The position numbers and the translations under genes were made by a program. Shown here one piece after another: positions 56,527 to 64,000 of a stretch of DNA of 64,000 bases. A model generated the notes under the pieces. The model ran no database searches. It was given only the letters and a program-made list of their open reading frames with translations, and had not been told where the DNA came from. Source of the DNA: Dimorphilus gyrociliatus (Eukaryota > Animalia > Annelida); NCBI GenBank assembly GCA_904063045.1, contig CAJFCJ010000002.1, positions 4,298,179 to 4,362,178 on the forward strand, in the 5' to 3' direction. Position 1 is the first letter of the stretch, and each line of letters begins with the position of its first letter.

Positions 56527-56539
56527 AGGTCAAAGGTCA
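56527..56539 (+). promoter_or_regulatory. Perfect DR1 nuclear-receptor element AGGTCA-A-AGGTCA
   Basis: Exact consensus sequence in the AT-rich spacer between the convergent PKC and PTB-protein 3' ends. Function is not demonstrated. Confidence 0.45.
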
Positions 56540-57242
56540 CAGGAATAGATATAAAAATTGTACAATCAAAGAGATTGATTACTTCCAATTAAATAACTAC
56601 TTTTGTAAATGAAAATTTTTTTCCTTTTTCTTAAATTATCGTTTGTCAGAAGATACAATAATATCATATATAGTATCATATAATATCATATTTGACGGAT
56701 ATATAACTATGCCACGTATCCATAAACATTATCATACAGTTCTAGGTGCTCTTATGTATTTTATAGATTATTATTATTTGTATATGGAAATATAGATAGA
56801 CTACACCAAGGTTACAATCTGTTAAGTAACAAAGAAAAATGAGAAAGAGGTAGAATATATTATTAAATAAGTGACATATCATATTACTAAATGAGTGTTA
56901 GTATATGAAATCCTTACATTTTTATAGTTGTCTTTTTTTTTGCCTTTTTTTTTATTGTTAGCCTGTCATTTCTGCATCTTATAGAATCCCCGTTTAAATA
57001 AAATACCAACCACCAAATTAGGACTCGAATCTTTTAGTTAAAAAGTATTTTTAAAGACAAACGATACTTATCATAATTTTATAAAAATATATATGTATGT
57101 ATATATAAATTTATATATATATATATATATATATAGATATAGATATCTTTTCTTTATAAAACGTATACATATTGAAAAACCCTCTTGTTTAAGACGATAA
57201 GTAAGACGATAACTTATCTACACTCGCAAAAAACTTAAAATA

Positions 57243-59255
57243 TTAATAGTCGAGCCCCCCGTCAAAGGCTCCTCCTTGTCCTGAATTTCTCATATGTCCA
57301 TTTTGATCCTCAAATTGATTTGCATCAACTGAAATAATATTTTCTAGGTTCATCTCGTAAGGATCAACGTTCGGGAAAGCTCCAACTTTATTTTGAGCTC
57401 TTATAGAATCCATAAAGTATTTCCTGCTGTTAGGAAATTTCTGTCTAGTAGGATAATCAGGCTCAATGTCATCCAAATATGGCGGTCTTTGTCTCTCATT
57501 TTTTTTAAATTGAACTTCACCAGTATTTATTATACCTATGTCATCAAATGATTTTGGTCCACCTCGTAAAAATTCAGAATCTCCTTGTGTATTAGGTGCA
57601 GGGCGCCTTGGACTAGGTTGGCGTCTCGGTGGGTTACGTTGTGCTCTGTCGTTGTCTCCTAGTAATTTACAAATTAAGTATAGAAAGTTGTACTTTGAAG
57701 TTGAATTTAAAAAAAAAAACGACTTACTTGGAAGTGGCATAGGTCTTCTTCCTGGCGGACTCTTTGTCCTTTGTCTATTCCTTGGTGACGGACTTCTTCT
57801 GGGAGAGGGACTCCTTGATGGTGAATTGTATTGTCCTCCTCTTCTCGGCGAATATCTTCGCTGATTACTTTCATAGTTGTCATAATCTGAATAGTAGTCA
57901 TCTTCGTATTCATCGGAATCATCTGAAAATCTGCGCTCATCGTGATGGTATGGTGGTCTTCTATTATATGCTGGCGGAGGACTTTTCATTCTGCCATCTT
58001 TTTTCGGTGGTGGACTTCTAGCCTTTTCCGGTGATCTTGAGGCGCTACGATGTTTTTTAAAGCCATGCTTATAATGCTTCTCCTTACGGGAGCGGCCTCT
58101 TGACTTTCTCTTGATGTCTTCCTTCTTAAAAGTGGGCCTATAAGAATTTGGTGGAGGCGGACGGCCAAATCCTGGTCTTAGTGGTCCCATTGGACCACGT
58201 GGGCCAAAAGGGGGCCCAGGAGGACCAAAATTAGGCCCAGGGGGACCATAATGATGGCCATGAGGACCAATAGAAGCAGGAGGCATTGGTCGAGGACCAC
58301 CTATAACAGGTCTTGGCCTGGTTGGTGGCAAAGACATGGGAGGACCTGGATAATTCATTCGTAGTGGTTGCATGTCAAAAAGATTGTACTTTTTAACAAG
58401 GTGTTCCGAAGTAGCGTAAAAGTATCCTTGAAGAGGAGGTCTTGCGTAAAACTCAGGTGGAGCTAGTTCCTTAACAGGCTCAGCCGGAACTAAGCTGACA
58501 GTCTGCATGGGTGCGGTCAGCTCACTGGCTACAACATCAGCGGGCGGAGGCTCATTCGACCAACCTTCTTTTTGGGAGTATCCCCTTGTACATGATTGAA
58601 CAAGGGCCACGGCACCTGATTCGGATTTTGTGACAAATACGTGACACTCCAAAACTTTTCTTCCGAGATTCCTTCTCATAACAGCGCAAAAGATGGGAGG
58701 GTGTGTTCTACTTGCTACCCCCTAGGGAAAATATTAATACTCTATAATATTAGTAAATTTACTTTCCTGATTATATATAAACTTAAAGTTCAGAAGGGAT
58801 ACGTTGATATTATTTCAATTTATACATTTAACTTGAATAGTTAAAATGTTAGCTATATATCAAAAATTTATGATTTACGAATTTCTTTTTTTGTTAAATT
58901 TACAAACCGGAGCGTCCAGAGACACAAATTTGGCTTGTTTTTCTCCTGTAGCTCCATTTACAATAACCAAAGCTTTAACTGCAGCACATAAATGTAAAGT
59001 TTGGATTGGAAACCAAACTACTCTGGATCTTTCATCGACGTATTGAAGTTGAAGTCCCGTTGAAAACACTGTTAACCAAGCATCGATGCCAGGTACATCT
59101 CCTTCTTTCTCAATTGGATATCTTTCTCTTAAAGGTTGTTGAATGGCATCGAGACCTTCGGAAGTTTCCGTTGGTACAGCGGATCCTAAATAGAGAACCC
59201 GGCATTTTGCCAGGGGGATATGCTCGACTTTTCCTCCAGTATTCTCTTGAACCAT
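57243..59255 (-). CDS. PTB/PID-domain protein with Pro/Gly- and Arg/Ser-rich low-complexity tail, ~585 aa; exons 59255-58908, 58721-57728, 57658-57243
   Basis: PTB signature 'CRVLYLGSAVP...EGLDAIQQPL...LTVFSTGL' and 'HPPIFCAVMRR...KVLECHVFV'. Splice phases are consistent (1758 nt). Confidence 0.8.
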
Positions 59256-59723
59256 ATTTTCTCAGCGAGAAGGGCGAGGCTATGGGCGGCGAAGGCTTAT
59301 GGGGGCAGCACTACAATAGTTCAATATTGAATATTGATATGTTGATTTTATTCTTAAAAGGATCAACCTTCAGTATAGGACTAATTGAAATTTACTAGAG
59401 GGGAGTCATCGGCAAGAAAGCCTATATCAAAAATAAAGTGCTTTCTAGTACAAGTTCCATTAGGGCGAGGTTATAAGCGTACGAGAAAAAATAGCATATG
59501 AATTAGTTTGTCCTATGAGGGCTAATAGAAATAATTTCATAATTATCAGCAGACATAATTCCTATCCCTTTTCCTGTAGAGAAGTCAGTTATATTCCTAT
59601 GCACCAGTTGTGCACTGTGAAGTGCACTACAACTTTCTCTCTATGCAAAAATAAATTTATAAAATTGAATTTTAAGCCACATTGCATGTAACATATATTA
59701 CATACTATGCCGGACAGTTGAAT

Positions 59724-60626
59724 ATGAGAGTTTTATACTATCTGGGTATTGCATGTATTTTGTTCATAATTCTTCTCTTTATACATAAAACTTCATCTAT
59801 GCATAAATGGAGATTTGGATTAGTTGGGATTTCTGATGAAAAAAATGGAATTTCAAAATTTCATTACGTCTATTGGTCCTCAAATGTTACTTCAGTATTT
59901 CCAGAATGCAAAACTCTCTATTCGAAGTATGATTCGTTCACACCTGTATTAACCATTGAAAATTTAATAGATATAGAGAATATGTTGCGAACATTTGATG
60001 AATTCTGTAAAAAAAGAAGCATACGATATTTTGCAGCATCTGGAACTAGACTTGGCACTAATAGGCATCATGGTCCTATACCTTATGACGACGATATAGA
60101 TCTCGTTCTCTTGGAGGAAGATAAGGAAAAATTTGATTTTTTCTTGAAAAACTCTACGGATTACAGGATTTCTAAGAGAGATAAAACAAAAAAATGGAAA
60201 TTTTATAATAAGCATAATGCTAACATTAAATCCTACGATTATTCTTGGCCATTTCTAGATATATTTTTCTTAGAACCAGGCAAGAATAATAACAAGTGTA
60301 TATATGCCGATTATTTAAATTTCTGCATCACTAAAAGACAATTTAACCATATTGAAAGAAAACCGTTTTTAAATCTTTTCCTTCCCATTTTAGCAACACC
60401 TAATTTAGATCCAATTTCTGACCCTAACAGCTTGGTGTACTGCGTAAGTCGGCATTATAATCATAGGGATGAGATACACGAAAAAAATAGTGTAAAAAGG
60501 ATTCTATGCAGCAAACTATCAAGTTGTTTACCGATAGTTAATATTATTAAAACAAAAAATTGCAGAATAGCCGAAGTATTAAAGTTTAATGATAAAATTT
60601 TGAATATTTTCTGTAGTACTGTATGA
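59724..60626 (+). CDS. LicD/fukutin-family nucleotidyltransferase-fold phosphotransferase, type II membrane protein, intronless, ~300 aa
   Basis: N-terminal TM 'YYLGIACILFIILLFI'. LicD motif 'YFAASGTRLGTNRHHGPIPYDDDIDL' (canonical GTLLGAVRHxGxIPWDDDID). 'WPFLDIFF'. ATG at 59724 preferred over the TTG ORF start. Confidence 0.85.
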   Translation: MRVLYYLGIACILFIILLFIHKTSSMHKWRFGLVGISDEKNGISKFHYVYWSSNVTSVFPECKTLYSKYDSFTPVLTIENLIDIENMLRTFDEFCKKRSIRYFAASGTRLGTNRHHGPIPYDDDIDLVLLEEDKEKFDFFLKNSTDYRISKRDKTKKWKFYNKHNANIKSYDYSWPFLDIFFLEPGKNNNKCIYADYLNFCITKRQFNHIERKPFLNLFLPILATPNLDPISDPNSLVYCVSRHYNHRDEIHEKNSVKRILCSKLSSCLPIVNIIKTKNCRIAEVLKFNDKILNIFCSTV

Positions 60627-61909
60627 AAATTCATTTCTTTTGAATAAAATACACTTTATTATGCCAATTCCAATACAAGATATTAAGTTCTTTTACAGTT
60701 TTTTCCCACTATATTGTTTAATGACTGACTGTTATTCAAATAGCAAAAAAGAAAACATTTTCAACAGTAGCCATAAATTGTGGATACTAACGCCACCTGC
60801 TTAGTATTTATTTGAAATTGTACATTATAAATAAATATCGATAGAAAATAAAGCCTTAATATAAGCATCTTTTTTCATTATAATATTTACAATTGTAGGT
60901 TTTTATTTGCGCCACGTTGTAGTGTACATCATAATTTCGTAGAAAATATATGTAATGTTAGAACTTGTGCACGCCTTACATCTGTACGTGAACAGAAGAG
61001 TTTACAGAAAGAAAAGATATATGCTACGCGTATATCTAATTAAGTTTTTGAAGAACAATATTGAAAGAAATAAAGAAAGAGAGAGAGAGAGAGAAAAAAA
61101 AAGGAAGAAAGTAAAACATCTTTGTACCGTAATTTTTTCAGTACAATAGAACTTTTAATCATATTAAAAAAGCTTTTGTTTATCTGTCTTTAAGTAATAC
61201 AGCTTTTTATATATTTTTTAAACATAAATCCTATATAAAAATCAATTTATCCTATTTATAGTTTGTCTTTTGATATTAATCCAGGAAAAAACCATATATG
61301 GCTCTTTTATACTTCTTAATTATTTTCAAGTTAACAATATGGTCACTAAACTCTGTAAGAGTGAATGAAGGGCTCCAATTTCTTTTGCACTCTCCGTGAA
61401 ATGTGCTAACCTAACCATGCTATTTTATGTAGGTTATGTAAATCGCATGTTTAACGTAGCCTACTTATCTAGAGTAAGTATATAAAAAGTTTCATTTTTG
61501 ATTCTCATCGCTCACAAACCACGAGGTAACAAACTTTAGATAGAAAAGATGTCTTTTAGCGTGTTCTTTTAAGTAGTCCTATATTTTTTAAATTAGTTAT
61601 TCTTATTGTTTTTTTCTTAAGTGTATTAGTTTATCATCATTTAAAGTTATACAGAATTACTTAAAGCTCTATTGTAACAGCGTAAAAAAAAAACAATAAT
61701 GATAGGACAAACGATAATTGAAAATTTCCGTTTACATGTTTTTATAATTATTTGGCTAACAAAACTCTCATCTCCTATTGTTACAAATGTATTTTTTATT
61801 TGCGTCCAAGATATCGAAGGAGATTTTTCGTATTCTTTTATAAACATCTTTTTTCTTTATCTATTTAGATATTTGAAGGAGGAAAAATATTAAATCAATT
61901 TATGAGAAG

Positions 61910-63826
61910 ATGTGGATTGTTACTTTCTTCAAATTTCTACTAATTGGAGGTTATCTTTTTATGAGAATCAAAGCTGATAGGGAAATTATTATTCCTCCTC
62001 GAATGTTTTCTTTTATTTCTCCTGAAGAGAAGGTTTTTCTTCAGGATGAAACGGTTACATTAAACTGTGAATCAGAAGGAACTCCGTTGCCGAAATATAG
62101 TTGGAAGAAAGATGGAAAACGAATTGTGCAAAATGAAAGAATAGCAATTAATAATGGAAAAACTATAATAAAAGATGCTATGAAATCTGACGAAGGTTAT
62201 TATCAATGCTTTGCCACTAATTCTGGAGGAACGTCTGTATCAGAGAAGATATCTTTGAGAATGGCAGTTTTGGAAAGTTTTACAAGTAAAAAAATAAAAA
62301 CCTATCAAGGAAAGATAGGTGCAGAAGTGAAGTTATTATGCATTGCACCCAGATCTTATCCTGCACCGGAAATTTTCTGGGTTCATAAATGGCATAAAAA
62401 TAATTCAGTTGTGCCGGTGATTTTGAATAGACGAATTGCCATGGATCCGGATGGAAATTTATATGTTTTGGCAGTTGCTGAGGAAGATTTCATTGATGGA
62501 AAAGTATGGGCTTGCGCAGTGAGAAATAAATTTCTACATAGAACGGAGATTGGCTTTTACAGTGTAATTCAGCCTCAACCGAACGTACCCCAGTCTCAAC
62601 ATCATAAATTACTACTCGGCAGTGCAAAGCACCAGGTGGCGCTACAAGGCGAGACTATTCAACTCATTTGCATATTTGGAGGTAACAAATATAACTATAA
62701 TAAATTTTAGAAATAGTATTCAATTAAATATCGAAATGAACCAATTATTATTGCTTTTATAGGGGATGCTAATCTTAATATTCAATGGGGGCGAACTGAT
62801 GGACAGGCATTAAAAAATAGTCACGAAATAGAGAAATTCGGTAGGCGGTTGACTTTACGTCAAGTTGACTCGACAGACTCCGGAACTTATTTTTGCTTTT
62901 GTCGGGGAACCGAGCATCATATTGAGTTAACGGTTAAATCAGAAAGATTAAGGCCTGAGTGGGACAAAATGCCACTATCTGTAGATGCTAATGAACAAGA
63001 CAATGTTGAATTTCGATGCAGTCCTAAAGATAAAGACAATGCCCATACATCTTGGTTTATAAATGGTGAATCTATCTCTAAACTTGATCTAGATCCAAGC
63101 TGGGTTGTGAATAAATATTCTTTGATCATAAGTAATGTTACAGCCGAAGATATCCAAGTGATACAATGTAACATTTCTTCACACCATGGATACATTTTCG
63201 CAAATGCATATTTGAACGTGAATATAAAGCCGAGAATACAAGTAAAAGCTCTTCAGGATGTCGTTGAGGGAGCAACTGCAGTGTTGGCTTGGAAAATAAT
63301 CGTCATCCGAAACCTAATGTCTATTGGATGAAGGGAAACGTGATAATTTCGGAAAACGCAAGATTTAGAGTAACTACTGATGGCTTTTTAAGAATCTTCA
63401 ATGTATCTACAGAGGATGCCGGACTTTACACTTGCACAGCGAAAAAACACAGCGGGAAAGATGTCGGCCAGAGGATCTCTGGTTGTGATTAGTCCTTCTG
63501 TAGCAGTAAATAAACAAGACCGTGTTTACAATAAAAGAGAATCAACAGTTAAGAGTCCAGACAATACTGAAACAAAAACGGAAAATCTTCCAAAGAAAAG
63601 TAATAAGAAAATATATATGAATAGTGGAGGATTTGAAGTGGAAGTAACGAATATTTTTATATGTCTTTTCTTGCCTTTTTTAGTAAATTTCTTTTATAAA
63701 TTTACGAGATTTATACACCCAACAGCGAGATTTTTTTTTATAACTTTTGTAATATTAATTTTTTTTTTAAAAAAAAAAGAAAGAGTTGTTTCTTCAGCTT
63801 TATCTTTGTTTTTAGGTAATATGTAG
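61910..63826 (+). CDS. L1/neuroglian-like Ig-superfamily gene; intact Ig1-4 (exons 61910-62681, 62763-63331), then a frameshifted Ig5 and a Ser/Thr/Lys stalk with hydrophobic tail; possibly a pseudogene or assembly error
   Basis: Signal peptide. 'LNCESEGTPLPKYSWKKDG', 'DEGYYQCFATN', 'RIAMDPDGNLY', 'LICIFGG', 'DSGTYFC', 'VIQCNISSHHGYIFANAYLNV' follow the L1-family Ig1-4 pattern. Ig5 is readable only by switching frames at ~63302 and ~63445. Confidence 0.75.
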
Positions 63827-63845
63827 AATATGTATGCTCTTAAAT

Positions 63846-63880
<35 letters not shown>

Positions 63881-64000
63881 TATATACAGCATATATATAT
63901 TATATATATCCATTGTGAATTTACCTGTATATACTTCGTGTATTGATACTCTATACTCCATGTGATTAATATTGAATAATACATTTATATTTTTATTGAA

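Noticed and set aside
57015-57035. B-box-like agattcgagtcc on the minus strand
   Set aside because: No A box or cloverleaf in the flanks; not a tRNA.
59006-59398. 130-aa plus-strand ORF overlapping the PTB gene start
   Set aside because: Antisense to a well-supported PTB exon; no homology cues.

Overview
Eukaryotic (metazoan) DNA: very AT-rich and gene-dense, with mostly 55-100 nt GT-AG introns. This fits a miniaturised lophotrochozoan genome such as the annelid Dimorphilus; the species is inferred, not verified. I reconstructed 20 protein-coding genes with phase-consistent splice sites: R3HDM-like, ALS2, PDK, CDV3, NUSAP1, an AADAC/NCEH1-type esterase, a B4GALT-family enzyme, a p24/TMED, CDCA3, USP5, LRRIQ1, TRMT10C, SLC35E2, CERK, a ~1080-aa uncharacterised multi-pass membrane protein, a chitin-binding/granulin-like secreted protein, PKC-delta, a PTB-domain protein, a LicD-family protein and an L1/neuroglian-like Ig gene with two compensating frameshifts. 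Fourteen genes form seven head-to-head pairs. No tRNA, rRNA, CRISPR array or intact mobile element was found. Main oddities: (1) a p24 gene with two tandem, duplicated alternative terminal exons, each encoding a different coiled-coil/TM/tail; (2) an LRRIQ1 orthologue whose whole LRR block is missing; (3) a 2xCBM14-mucin-granulin chimera; (4) a neuroglian-like gene truncated to a hemolin-like 4-Ig form, or mis-assembled; (5) a candidate microexon flanked by a perfect 13-bp inverted repeat; (6) a textbook CCAAT-CDE-CHR promoter on CDCA3. Family assignments come from recalled motifs; no database searches were run.
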